Below, one piece after another: positions 39,371-52,180 of a stretch of 64,000 nucleotides of DNA; within the stretch, counting starts at the first letter, position 1; every line of letters starts with the position of its first letter. The DNA comes from the human T2T-CHM13v2.0 reference genome, Homo sapiens, in NCBI RefSeq assembly GCF_009914755.1, contig NC_060933.1; one strand, written 5' to 3'. The notes below the pieces were generated by a model. The model made no database searches and was not told the origin of the DNA. It saw only the letters and a program-made list of their open reading frames with translations. Both the position numbers and the translations under genes were made by a program.

Positions 39371-40189
39371 CAGATAATTATCTTAGCCACTACCATAACT
39401 GGCTACAGCTCATACTAATTACCAACATTGTCACCATGATACCCAGTGTTCTGGTTCAAACACCATTTTTAATGATAAATTTCCTGATTTGGTGAGAAAA
39501 GCCAGTCAGTTTGAAGGTAAGATGAGACGAGATGGGGAGCAGAATGTAGAGTGTGCATTTTTCTGTTACTACTGCACCAAAATACTCAATTCAATGGTAT
39601 AAAGGAGACTCTGCTTTAATAATTGACTATGACATTTATCAACCTGTGGAATCAGCAGGGATCAAAGTTAAGGAGCCACTTCCTACACTAGAAGAATCTT
39701 GGTGCTTAATAAAACCACATTGTCTTTTCAGCTGATTAAAAAATTGGATGAACCAGACTGCCAAGATGCATGCAAACCTCTGAGCCCTGCTAAGTGTCCC
39801 TAAGTAAATAAATTACAAAAATAAGTATCTTTTTTACTTGCATATAAAAACAAGCAAATGAAAGCTTTTTGCATAATTGCTGCAAAGGGCCCCAACCAGC
39901 CATTTCCATTTGCAATTTCATATTTCAATAAAGTTTTATTTATTTTCATTTGCAAATGAATTTGCTGCCTTTGAAAAAGAAGTCTTGCTGCTCTGATTGG
40001 TGCCAGGTGGTTGGGAGGAGCTTCCACTCCCAACACTGGCCTTTTGGCTGAACAGATGAACTCCAAGCTTGTCTGCTTGTCTTCCTTTTCCCAGCTGCCT
40101 CTGCCTGGTTTTAATGTATCTATGTGTTTTGAAATTCTGTGCAATTGCCAAATTGCCTTATTTCCTAAATAGAAAAAAATATGTGCTAG

Positions 40190-40990
40190 CATTCATCCAT
40201 TTAATACATATGTGTTAAATACCTACTGTGTGCCAGAAACTGTTCTAAACACCAGAGATATAGCAATAACAAATGTATTAGGTCCTTTTTGCATTACTAT
40301 AAAGAAATACCTAAGGCTAGATAATTTATAAAGAAAAGAAACTTAATTGGCTCATGGTTCTGTAGCCTGTACAGGAAGCATGGTTTTGGCCTCTGTTTCT
40401 GGCAAAGCCTTAGGAAGCTTCCAATCACGGTAGAAGGTGAAGGGGGAATAGGCACATCACATGGTGAGAGCAGGAGCAAGAGAAAAGAGGGAAGAGGTGC
40501 CACACATTTTTAAACAACTAGATCTGACATGGACTAATGGAGCAAGAACTCACTTATCACAAAGGGGAAGATGCTAAAGCATTCATGAGGGATTCACCCC
40601 CACAATCCAATCACCTCCCCCCAGGCTCCACCTCCAACACTGGGAATCACATTTCAGCATGAGATTTAGAAGGGACAAACATGCAAAAAATATCAACAAA
40701 ATAGAGAAAAATCTTAGTCCTCATGGAGAAAAGGATCCAGACAAAAATTTGTGTTTATTTGGAGTAGATGTTTGGGTGGGGGGAGGGAAAGTAGCATTAA
40801 AATATTCCACCACAGTGGGTAAAGCATACCTTGAGGTCCTCATTGTGGGAAAGACCTTGGAGTGCTTGTGGACTAGAGAGGTTGTGTGGCTGGGGTGGTC
40901 TGGGCAAGGGAAGTATGTTGGGAGATGAGTCTAGAGAAAGAAGCAGGAAACAGAGATTGGGAGAGAGGGGGTTATGCATGCTTTAGCAAG
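40190..40990 (-). mobile_element. L2 split by MST
   Basis: cattcatccatttaatac...acctactgtgtgccagaaactgttcta; continues after the LTR with agtcctcatggag. Confidence 0.75.
40274..40695 (-). mobile_element. MSTB-like solo LTR with perfect 5-bp TSD
   Basis: TG...CA ends; ACAAA at 40269-40273 and 40696-40700. Confidence 0.95.
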
Positions 40991-42508
40991 TGTAAGGGAG
41001 AGCAGGTTGCAATGAAGAAACAAAACTAAAGATCTGTAGAGTATTTCTTTGGTAGGGCAGAATACATTCTTTGGAAAGATATTTGGATACCAACTGGATT
41101 TCTAAATCCTTGTCATTTGTGCATACATACACTTTCTAGTCTTCAGTATCTGTAAATTATAGTGGGAATGGTGGCAATTGATGCAACCCAGGATTCTTGA
41201 ATGTTGAAATTCTCTCTTGACCCAGCCAGTGCCCATGAGAGCACTAAGAAAGGTATATTTTCACAGGGGACAGGCAGAGAAGGAACAAAGTACGTTCATA
41301 GGTATTCTTTATTCAAAATTCCAGAATGATTACATAGTGAACTAAACTGGGCCACGTGGTTGACTACTTTTCCCTATACCAGTGCATCACCTCTGTGATG
41401 AGAAAAGCCAAGTTCAAAGAGAAACTCAAAGAAAGATACATCGGAGATAAAGGACTTTCTCCCTAAGAATAAGAGTTTAGCTTATCTAATTTGTCAACCT
41501 ATGGTATTTCCTTGCCTCTGCCTAGCTTCAAGTTTGGTGAAGGTTGGGAAATTTTAACATAGCATTTTTAAGGAAAGATTTAAAAAAGGGAGAAAAATAG
41601 GGTAGATGAGAAAGAAAGACAGAGAGATTGCTTCTAGGATTTCAAAGAAAAATGCTCACAGCCCTCTAAGGATGAAGTTAGTAACAAATAACCCCTTGGA
41701 AGAGTTTCAGACCTATATTATACCTTGGACTAACTTTTCTTTTTAGGACACTTGAGCCTTGTAGGTTTTGAACAAATCAGAAGAAGAGAGAAGTCTCAAA
41801 AGTTAGAATTCATGTTATTAAGGCAACTGGGAACTAGTGTAAATCATTAAACCAATTAAAAATATCTTATTTCCACCTCAAATTTGTAGCTCAACCCATT
41901 ACAAAAAAATAATTTGTCTTAGCATCACCAAAGATGAGATCAAGTAAAATCTCCTTAGAAGCAGAATGGTTGATCAAATGTATCACTAACTGCTTAAATG
42001 AGATAAAATGTACTTCCAATGAGCCCCAGAGCCCCAGATCTATGAAACACTGGAAGGGACATCAAGTGACAATCTCATTGAGTCCCTGTCTCCATTGTGA
42101 CCACATAAAAGGTGAACTAGAAGCCAGTTGCTTTACATTCCGTGGCCAGCCTTGTTTTCACACCCCTTATTCCAAAAAAGCCTAGGACAGAAGGCATGAG
42201 GCATAGTGGTTGCAGTTCTTCCAAATGGTTAGGAGCTTGGCCCAAGCAACCCCTATATGGAACTGCTTACCTGGTGATAAATATTGTCACTACTGCTCAT
42301 GGCACTTACTGTCTGTTGCTTATGAAGGACAGTGATTTATGGCTGTGTTACACGTGTGGATTGGGCAGAGGAAAAAGAATGCCTAATGCAAGGCTTAAAG
42401 ACTAGGCTGTGTTTTGACTGTGGTCAATAACAGCTATTTCATTACTCTATAACCACCATCAGATTTTCCTCTGACTCACTTCTGTCTTTGCCCACTGCCT
42501 TCCTCTGC

Positions 42509-42530
42509 CTCTCTCTCTCTCTCTCTCTCT
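42509..42530. repeat. (CT)11
   Basis: Read directly. Confidence 0.95.
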
Positions 42531-42629
42531 GTCGCTCCATTTTTCTCTGATCATCTCTCAAAGGTTCAACATAATCAGCCTAGGTAGACTTGTGTCAAAG
42601 GGAAGATAAAGAAAGAAGAAGTGAAGAGA

Positions 42630-42830
42630 CTTTATCTAAGTATCTTTAATGTATGAGGTACTGGGATAAATACTTTCATGCTGTTTTTTCCATTTAAGAT
42701 GCACAATCATGCTGAGAAGGGTAATTTACCCCCATTTACAAATGAGGAAACTTGCTTACAGTTCACAGAGTTGGTAGGTAATAAAGTTGGAATTCAAAAT
42801 CAGATCCATCTGACTCCAAAATGGCCTCTT
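42630..42830 (-). mobile_element. MIR
   Basis: cccatttacaaatgaggaaact...ccatctgactccaaa. Confidence 0.8.
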
Positions 42831-43157
42831 TCCATGCATCCTCTTTTACATCACTCTTCTCCATCTGTCCGGTAGATCTTCCTGCTTCTTGTCCTGGGTA
42901 TACACAACAGCACATTCATTTAATAAACATTGAGTTTCTATTATATGTTATAATTGAAGAAGCAAAAATATGTAATACAGCTTGTTCACCCTCAAGCAGC
43001 TCCCAGCCAGTATATGCACGTGTGCTTGGGGCTTAGGGCTGATAATGAATGCACATTAGTAAGTGCATCTTAATACAGGACGTTTATGTATTTATGCATT
43101 CATTATTTGAACAAATGCTTATTAAGTACCCATTCTGTGCCAGGCATTATTTTGTTC

Positions 43158-43334
43158 CAGTGTTCATCAATCCTGGCTGCATATTAAAATAACCTAGTGT
43201 ACTTTTTAAGAAATACTGATCTTTGGCCCATCCAAGTAATTCTATTTAATTGGCATGGAGCAGGCCTCTGGCATCAGTATGTTTTAAAAGCCTCCTAGGC
43301 AATGGTAATATGCAGCCAGAGTTGAAAAACACTC
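43158..43334. mobile_element. MER5B-like hAT element nested in a minus-strand L2 (~43085-44290, fragmented)
   Basis: cagtgttcatcaatcctggctgcatattaaaataacc...tgcagccagagttgaaaaacact inverted ends; L2 tail on both sides. Confidence 0.8.
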
Positions 43335-44419
43335 TTCTAGGTTCTAGAAGTGAAGCAGTGAGCAAACAGGAGAAAAAGTACTCAAGATATTCACAGGATA
43401 TATGTCCCCCTTATTCAGATAGAGGATGTGATAGATAAAGGAAGAGAGAGGAAGATAAAGCTGGAAGGCTGGATTGTGCGTAAGTCTTCTTAAGCCTTAA
43501 GTTCAATGCAATTTGGATGATTTGAAGCAGGGGAATTACATAAAGACTGAGATAGCTTCACACTCTACATTTCTGTGATCTGGACTAAGCAGAAGAATCT
43601 CTCATCCTAAGAATTTTTAGTTTTAACAGATTGACTGATGTAGGGCTTTACTCAGTGCTGCACTAGAAGCTATGAGTATAGAAATAGATAAGAAAAGTTC
43701 CTGCCTTCAAGGACCTTCCAGTCTAGTGTGTCTGCTAAGAGTAGGGAAAGAGGGCTTGCAGAGGAACATTGCTACTGCAACAAGAAGTACTGAGTTGCAG
43801 GAGACATTGAGAGCTTTCAGAATGTTTTCCCTCCCTGATGAGGAGCACATCATGGACACTTCTAGGTACCACCTTTGCAGAGTATCTATAGGTGACTGGT
43901 GATTGAACAGGAAGAGAAGTGAAGGGAGGACCATATAGCAGAGGGAACAGCATTTGCAAGATGTGAAAGAGAAGAAACTTGGTTTAATCCAGATTCTTCA
44001 AGCAGTTCAATCGGTGAAATGGAGAGGGTCACAGTTAGAGAGGAGAACAGGAAATAACAAGCACTGTAGGTCTATCACAGAGTACCTTTTTTTAAAGCAA
44101 CGTTTTGCAGGAATAGAGAAGAAATTGACATGGTTAGATTTGCACTAAAGACTTTCCTCTGGTTGCCTGTGGATAAGGATAGTCAAGGCTGGAAGCAAGG
44201 AGGCTAAATGGCATTAGTGACAGAGGTGATGGGAAAATGAAAATCCTCATCAAATGGAGCATGAGAGTAGTGGGGTTGGCTTAGAGAGGTCAGTGCTGTC
44301 TAGGGTCTGTTCTCTCAGGTTTATGGCTCCAGAAACTCTACTTTAACTCTGCACCAGAGGGTAATGGGATTCTGGAGGAAAAATGGTGTAGGGAATGTGT
44401 ACACCTGTGAAGGACAAGG

Positions 44420-44620
44420 GAGTAGAAGATATGGGCTTTCCCCCTGCCTTCACTATTTTCTAATTGTGCCCGTGAGAGCATGTCACATTATCTTGATGAC
44501 CCTTTGTGTCCTCATCTGTAAAGGAAGGGAGAGGAAGATATGATAGCTACATTCATTTCCTTAGGGTTCTGGGAAGGATTAAATGATCTGCACTGCATGG
44601 AAGCAATTCTTAGACTAAAA
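44420..44620 (+). mobile_element. MIR remnant
   Basis: tcctcatctgtaaa...aggattaaatga. Confidence 0.65.
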
Positions 44621-45269
44621 AGCTTTGCAATTGGGCTTCATTTTCTAAATCCCCTGAACCAGTATCAGACTGTAAGGGGTAACTATGTGGGCCACGTAGG
44701 GGGTCAGGGCTGTCAGACTCCACTTCCAGGAGAGAGTTAAACACTCCTTGTATGGACTTTTATTGTACTATCAAATCCAATCTCAAAATATCTTCATAGG
44801 CGACACGGACATGTTTGTCTCTCCCTAGTTTTGCAGCCACATCAGTTTCTGATTAGACTTACAATTTAAGTGGGGAAGTGACTTTGGAAGAGACATGCGT
44901 GCTGTCAGCAGATGGGAGAGAGGATGGAGAAAGATGGAGGGAGGCTGCTGTAACACCTGTTCTGGTTGGGATTCTGAATGAATATGAAAGGTAAGCAGAA
45001 ACCCAATTAGTAACCCCTGAACTCGCTCCATGTTATCTCTGCAAACACACACTCTCTTCCATCCTGTGCTTCCAAAGGATAGCAGGCTTCCTGACAAGCT
45101 ATTGCAAAGAAGGATGCAGACCCAGAGGAAAGAGAGAATGAAGCAACTCTCAGTTTTTTTATGCCTCGTCCAGCATCTCTAACTCAAAATTTTTTGTGAG
45201 GATTCGGCATTTTCTACTTCTGAAAGCATAAAAGAAGATAATTATTTCTGCTATGTTCATAGTCTCTTT

Positions 45270-45420
45270 TCGCTAAGTACCTACTATGTGCCACACAGGC
45301 ATGCCTTTTAAAGCTTTATTATGTGCTGGTATTTATTATTCTCATTTTGCAGAAAAGGAAACTGAAGTTCAGAAGGGTGCAATAGCTACCCAGCTATGGA
45401 ATAAAGGATCAAGGATTTCT
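45270..45420 (-). mobile_element. MIR remnant
   Basis: attattctcattttgcagaaaaggaaactgaagttcaga. Confidence 0.75.
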
Positions 45421-46024
45421 TGTGTCTTAAGGCATTCAGTTCTCAAACTAATATGAGAGAGAGGTAGTATTGTTATTCTTTCCATTGTTGGTTACCATTT
45501 TGCCTAGCACCCCTATTTCCCACTCTGCAGTGCCTCTCCCTGTGAGAGGAATATGCTTCTTGATCACTGAAGGCTGACTAGGTGATGCAGAAGGTGAGTG
45601 GCAGTGACAGATGTCACTGTTGAGCAGAAGCTTCAAGATTTTGAATGGGCTTTGTTATATCTCATTTTTCTTTGCTATTAGACTAACAAGGTCTGAGATT
45701 GAGTCTGCCCAGTCAGCCTAGTTTTGCCAAAGCAAAGACAATACAGAGGAGAATCACAGCCATACATAGACATATGCACGTGAATTCTGAAATTTAAGGT
45801 CTGTATGTTATACAGTGTAGCCAAGCCTGAACTGACTAATGTGCCCATTTGAGAAGATTGAAGTTAAGGAAAGGTAAATAGGTGCCCAGCTATACAGTGG
45901 TGAAACTAAAACTTGAAGTCAACGCTGTTCTACTCCAAATTGTGTGATCGTTACCATTGTATTACTCTTTCTCGCCAGTTCTCATTCTGAGATTTTTCTG
46001 TATTTTATAGTGACAGCTTTAAAA

Positions 46025-46025
<1 letters not shown>

Positions 46026-46063
<38 letters not shown>
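46026..46063. repeat. (CA)19
   Basis: Read directly. Confidence 0.97.
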
Positions 46064-46068
<5 letters not shown>

Positions 46069-46135
46069 CCGAACAACTAGTTTAAATAGGTATAAGAGTA
46101 GGTAGGTCCTCGTTAAGAAGAAAATTCAGTTAGGG

Positions 46136-46301
46136 CAGTGATTTGTAATTTCGATGAACATACAATCTATCTAGGGATTATGTTAAAATGCAAATACTTT
46201 TATAGTAGGTCTGGGGTAGCACCTAAGATTCTGCATTTCATAAAAGATTACAGAAGAAGCTCATACTGCTGGTCCTTGGACCACTCTTTGAGTGGCAGGG
46301 A
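46136..46301. mobile_element. MER5A1-like hAT element
   Basis: gttaaaatgcaaa...agtaggtctggggtag...attctgcatttc...ctgctggtccttggaccactctttgag. Confidence 0.8.
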
Positions 46302-46381
46302 CCTACATGATGCCAGTCACTTTGCTATGGTGATGATAGATAAAATAATGCAGCCTTGCATAGTGGTTAGGAATGCTAGGA

Positions 46382-46490
46382 CAGGACTGGGACTAAGGTC
46401 AGGCAAGCAAGGTAATAAGGGGGCAAAGTTTAAGAGGGAAAGTAGAGCAAGGGCTGAACCTGTATCCTGAGAGTGTCACCTAATTCAGTC
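46382..46490. mobile_element. MER91-like hAT fragment
   Basis: gggactaaggtcaggcaagcaagg...gcaaagtttaagaggg...cctgagagtg. Confidence 0.5.
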
Positions 46491-47705
46491 CTCTGTGGTG
46501 TGTTTCTAGGCTGCTTCTAACAATTGAATTTGAAAACCGAATTAATATAAAGCCAAAGAAAATGCTACAACTTTGCCTTCACATTGCTTCTAATGGCATT
46601 GGCCACCATCAGGCCAAGGGGGATGTTCACAACATCAGTCAAATTGTAGACTCTGCTAATAAAAAAACATAAAATAGCTCAAAATTATGTCATGCTTTAG
46701 TTAGCTTCATTTTTTTTAGTTAGCTTCATATTTTAAATATATTATTGTTTTTGGTTTATGTGTTTATTTCCAGAATTTCTGATTATCTTTTTTTCCCTGT
46801 GCTCTGTCCTTTTATGATATCTTTAAGTCTTTCCACGCTAACAATTATACTAGAGTTTCTGTCAAATCACTCCCACTATCAATATCCCTCAGAAAATGTC
46901 CTCCTGTAATTTTCAGTGCTATTTTTCCAAACTGGACTAAATATTGCTATAATAAGATGTTTGATGAAATTTTTATTTGTGTTGTCTAAATTGTATCTAA
47001 GTCTCAAAGCTAAAGATAAAATATCCCATCACTTATATTCTAAATAGAAACCTAAGAATAGCCAACTTTGGGGCCACGTTCCTTCATGTCTGACCTCTAG
47101 ATCTTGCAAGGAACCAGCAAGCAACCCTCCTATTAGGAACACTAGCATCCCTCTTCCTCATTCCTCAATCTGCATAAGAAGACTAGAGTAGGTAAAGGGG
47201 ATGGCAGACATAGAGTAACCTGAGTTTTTGCTGCCATTGTGAAAAATGTAATTTCCTAGATAAGTTGTTTTCTCTTCTTTCATGAGACAAGGAAAAGGAA
47301 ATTCTCAACATCTTCCAAACCAAGTAATAGGAATGCCAAGAAAATAACATAAACATTTGAAATGCTTGCAAGAAGAGACAGACACCTTCCTTCCCTGATA
47401 GATAAAAATCCACAGAACCTGCAGTAATACCTGGTCATAGGAGGTTATGAGAGAGATTCATATCTGTAACCTATTGGGCAGGTAATTCTTACATTAGTGA
47501 ATACCTCTTTCATACATACACATCTGTCTCATCAGTGAACAGTCTCATCTGATCCTGAAAAGTGTTTGACTTCTCTCATCCATGATGCTTTCTTTTGTTT
47601 TATTCTCTCCCATGCTCTCTCCTTTCTTCCTTCTTTTACCCTCCCTCCCTCTCCTTCCCTTACTTTATTATTTTTTGTGTTAAACCTTCCTGCCCATAAA
47701 CATTC

Positions 47706-48143
47706 TTTTTTTTTCTTTAAAAAATTATACTTTAAGTTCTAGGATACAGGTGCAGAACGTGCAGCTTTGTTACCTAGGTATACATGTGCCATGGTGGTTT
47801 GCTACACCCATCAACCCATCATCTACATTAGGTATTTCTTCTCATTCGATCTCTCCCCTAGCCCCCCACCCTCTGACAGACCCCGGTGTGTGATATTCCC
47901 CTCCCTGTGTCCATGTGTTCTCATTGTTCAATCCCCACATATGAGTGAGAACATGCGGCATTTGGTTTTCTGTTCTTGTGTTAGTTTGCTGAGAATGATG
48001 GTTTCCAGCTTCATCCATGTGCCTGCAAAGGACATGAACTCATCCTTTTTTATGGCTGCATAGTATTCGATGGTGTATATGTGCCACATTTTTTTTAATC
48101 CAGTCTATCCTTGATGAGCATGTGGGTTGGTTCCAAGTCTTTG
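47706..48143 (-). mobile_element. 5'-truncated L1PA7-like 3' end
   Basis: ttatactttaagttctaggatacaggtgcagaacgtgcag...ggttggttccaagtctttg. Confidence 0.95.
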
Positions 48144-48289
48144 ACATTTATCATCATCTCAGGAGAAAGGAGGAGATTGGTGCATGTTCTCTGTCCCTCA
48201 TTCTGAATGGCACATTTCCCCCTTAGTATTTGGTGGTGCTTCTGTCATCTGATGTTTACTAATATTACACAGTGTTTATGTGTCATTTA

Positions 48290-48430
48290 CAAAAGAGGCA
48301 GTGTAATCATAAGAAAGAGCATAGGATTAGAAATTTTATAGACTTTGTTTAAATTCTGGCTCTGTCACTTGTTGGCTATATGATTTTGGGCAAATGTAAC
48401 TATTTTCTTATCCTTGACTTGTGAAGAATG
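48290..48430 (+). mobile_element. MIR 5' fragment
   Basis: aaattctggctctgtcacttgttggctatatgattttgggcaa. Confidence 0.75.
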
Positions 48431-48673
48431 ACAGCAAGAATAACAATGGCAACAATAATGAAAAAGTCAATGACAATGATACCAGCATATCATTTGTTTC
48501 TCTCATCAATAGATATATTAAGTAATTAAAACACCTGGTTCAGCCACTGATTAATTAAATACATTTACATTAAGTACCCACTATGTGCCTGATGCTGTTT
48601 TGGGCACTGGAAATTCATAGTGAGTAAGAGAACTATTACCTTTTTTCCTCATAGAGCTTATGGTCATCTATTG

Positions 48674-48872
48674 CAGGGGTTGAGCACACACTGGGGGCCC
48701 AAATCCTGCCTTTAGTCTAGTTTAACATTGTCTTTGAGAGAAGATTGGTTTTATATTTGTAAAGTGTTGTGAGAAAAGGAAAAGATAAATGCAACAAAAA
48801 AAACTCATCATAGCCCACAAAGCCTAAAATATTTACTGTCTGGCCTTTGGTGGAAAAGTCTGCCTATTGCTG
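48674..48872 (+). mobile_element. MER58C-like hAT element nested in a minus-strand L2 (~48550 onward)
   Basis: caggggttg...gcccacaaagcctaaaatatttactgtctggccttt...ctg; 8-bp TSD ATCTATTG/GTCTAATG. Confidence 0.8.
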
Positions 48873-48999
48873 GTCTAATGGTACACACAGGAAACGTTCA
48901 CTAAATGCTTTTCTCATGCCAATTCTTAACCTGAAGTTCTTTGCATTGGTGTTTTGATTAATTTCTGCATCCCTTCAATTCCCCCATAGGCTTCTCATT

Positions 49000-49490
49000 G
49001 CCCCTGCATTAAAAGTCAAAATAGACGCGGCATGAGCGACTCCTATGCCTTTCCAATCTCCTCTAATTATATTTTTATCCTCCTGCATCACTGGACTTTT
49101 TTTCTTTTCAACAAATATTGCACATGTGCCTCAGCCCAATGTATTATAACTCTTGAGCTCCCCTTTCCCCAACTTTTCAGCCAGTTTACTTCCAACTTAC
49201 CCTTCAGAATTCAGCTCTAACATCACTTCCTTTGCCAAAATGTCCTTGACCTCTCCTTACCAGATGTGTTCCAACCCCCAAACCTTTTAACTGCTCTCAC
49301 AACTCCTGATAATTATGGTAATTTTATATTCTTTTCTGTGATCCCTTTCTAATTATCACCTCCACACGTTAGTTCCATGAGGACAAGGGCTATATCTCTT
49401 TTGTTTATTTATTTATCTCTAGCACCTAGCATCCTTGCTTGATGCTCAATAAATATTAGGCAACTAAATGAAACAAAGAATGAACGATTC
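49000..49490 (+). mobile_element. L2 3' end
   Basis: cccttcagaattcagctctaacatcacttcc...agcacctagca...gctcaataaatatt. Confidence 0.8.
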
Positions 49491-49924
49491 ACTCTCATGT
49501 TTGTTGAAAAAAAAATAGGTCAGATAGCTTATAGTATTCTTTCATCATAAGGTATCTAGTTCTCCCAGGGAAATATACCCCTAAACGGAATTTCTGTGAC
49601 TGCATCTTCTCAGTTCCTTCATTCTATGTATATAATTAATGGGGGCCCAGTGAGATGTTTGTGCTGATACATCATCTGCACCACATAGCAAATGCATTTG
49701 TTACGGAGTTATCTGGGCCAAAGCTAATGAAACATTTGCAAATGTCCTGATTTACAAAGAGAAAACTAGTTCACCTGAATGACAAGGTTTACATGCAAGG
49801 AAAATCTTTGCATTTTTTTCACTATGTTCTGGGATGCCTCAAAATCCCAAGGAAACACACATCAGCAGTCCCCTGCGGAAGACAAAGTCCAGAGGTCACC
49901 TTGGAGGAGAACAAAAGCTCTAAG

Positions 49925-50096
49925 GTCAACATTCCTTCATGGCTATGGCAATCCTCTTGTGAGTCTTCAGATGCCTGAGAACTCTGAAATTCTAAACTGA
50001 ATGTTTCCTTGTATATGTACATGCTCCTAAAGACCACATCAAATTTATCAGCTTCTCACTGGGGTCTGTGGCACCCCGGTAGTTGAGAACCAGTGC
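49925..50096. mobile_element. Small hAT-Charlie MER (same family as ~26396 and ~63330-63530)
   Basis: atcagcttctcactggggtctgtg...gttgagaaccagtg. Confidence 0.5.
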
Positions 50097-50189
50097 TTTA
50101 AGAAAATTCTGGGCTCCCTTATTCTTAAATTTATTTGTTATTTTTTTTTAAAAGAAGATAAAGATAAGGAGCAGAGATGACTGTAAGTC

Positions 50190-50352
50190 CTGAAGGGATC
50201 CCTCATATTTCTTGTCCCAACCTTCCCTGACCCACTGTACAGATGAGGAGATTCAGATCAGTTAAAGAGCTGACTTGCCCAGGGCTTTTCAGCAAGTGAG
50301 ACACAAACCAGGACTCAGATTCTGTCAGCTCACTGTCCTTTCTACTACACCC
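50190..50352 (-). mobile_element. MIR remnant
   Basis: tacagatgaggagattcaga...tgacttgcccaggg. Confidence 0.75.
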
Positions 50353-51492
50353 TACTCTCCACCGATATGACAATTGTTTATTTCTGCTTTCATTCCTTTT
50401 CTCATTCACTCACCCAATTTTTTTCTTCTTCATGTATTTTCTCAGATGAGAGAATTATCATTTTTTCAAGATTAATTTTTAAAACAATTTATTATTTGTG
50501 ACTAGATCATTTCTAAGAAGAATTTTGACTTCAATAAACAATTGTTCAATAAGCCTGTTAAATTAGAAAATAACATACAATAGAAGAACACATTTATCTT
50601 TTCCTTTCCAAATGCATCTCTCAAGTGATAGTAAAGAAATAAAAAATCATACAAATCTACAAGAACCAAAAAAATTGAAGAAGAAAAGGCACTCCATAAG
50701 AGACTTCAAAAAGTTTTAGGAATTGAAGATGGAAGATTCAACAAAGAGATGCAGAACCACAAAATAAGTGTCTGCAGAGGGAGATACTGATGAAAAACAA
50801 ACCAATTCATCCTAAGAAGTCCATATATAACAACAGATATATGAGGATGGTAAAAATTGGGGGGCTGATTGAATGTCTATGTATGAAGGAGTTGAACATC
50901 ACTCCATCTCCTGAGTTCTCGTAAACCACAGAGAAGTTGTGCCCAGAGATCAGAGGCAGGAGGATGGAATAAATCTGAATGGCCCTAGAAAAAGGACTTT
51001 CAAATATGGTTACTGTGATCAGTTAGTGAAATTAGTGATTCCCTACTCCTTCACTTTGATAATAAAGCCCAGTGAGAAACCCCTCCAATTTGCTCAAAGC
51101 TTCAAATTAGTTTTTTTGTACCTAGAAGGTGAAAAAGCAGTAAAGGATCAACTAATAGTTTCCAGGCATCCAAAATGATTGGGAAAATTCTAAACCAATA
51201 AATATGAAAGGAAAAGCTGGAAGAAAACAGATATGACAGGGAGTGAAATAAAACTTGAACCAAAGCTTATTAATAATGTAAGCCTAGAAGTTGTACCTGA
51301 AAAAAACGAAGAGGATGGCATAAAAGATAATAAAAAAACAGGAAATAATTCTTACAAATTATGTGTGTATATATATATACATGTATATATGTACATATAC
51401 ATACCTTGACTGAAATTTTAAATCCAATAAAAAGTTACAAGACAAAGTTAAGAAAATATTCAGACAGTAGAAAATGGCAAAAAGATAAAAAT

Positions 51493-52180
51493 TGTGTGGG
51501 ACAGTTTTCCAAGTACTGCCTGTAAGCTCTAAATGCATCCTTTATAGCCTTCTCTAAGACAAGGGAGATGGGCCTTATGAATATTCCTTCTTTGCCAGTT
51601 GGCATGAAACTGGAGGGAAACTAGAGAATGAAGGGTCTTTTCTTCCTGGCTCTAGTTTGCCCTTCTCCCTGGGTTCCTGTAGCACACACAGCTTCTACAG
51701 CACCCAACCCCTGTAGAGTGTGGTAGCCCAGTGGTCAGCAGTACATGGGACCTGCCTCACTTCCCCAGAACTCTCTTGTTTGGTTTCATGTTGCGTTCTT
51801 GGGTATGGCACCTCTCTGTGGAAGGCTACGACATGGCAGTGCAGAGTACAGACTGTGGTAAATCCTGCCGGTGAAGCACCTCAGTGAACTTCTCTGAGGT
51901 GAATGGTAATTCAGTTATCCATGGTCACACCCTCTCCAGTGGAATCTAGATCCACCTTAGAAGTAGGGGAGGGATTTTCCCTTGGTGTTCGATTATAACC
52001 TTAGGGATTGTGGCCCTTACCTATGCCTGCTATTCTTATATTCTCTAGTGTTATCTTTACCTTTTACTAGCTAATTCCTCATTACTACAATATCACATTT
52101 TAATTAATAATTTTCATATTAAATGTTCCCTGTCAAAATTACTGTGTGATTCCTGTCTCTTGGCTGGACCTAATTGTTGT
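51493..52180 (+). mobile_element. ERVL-class solo LTR (LTR41-like)
   Basis: GC-richer block in A-rich flanks ending attaaatgttccctgtcaaaattactgtgtgattcctgtctcttggctggacc. Confidence 0.65.
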
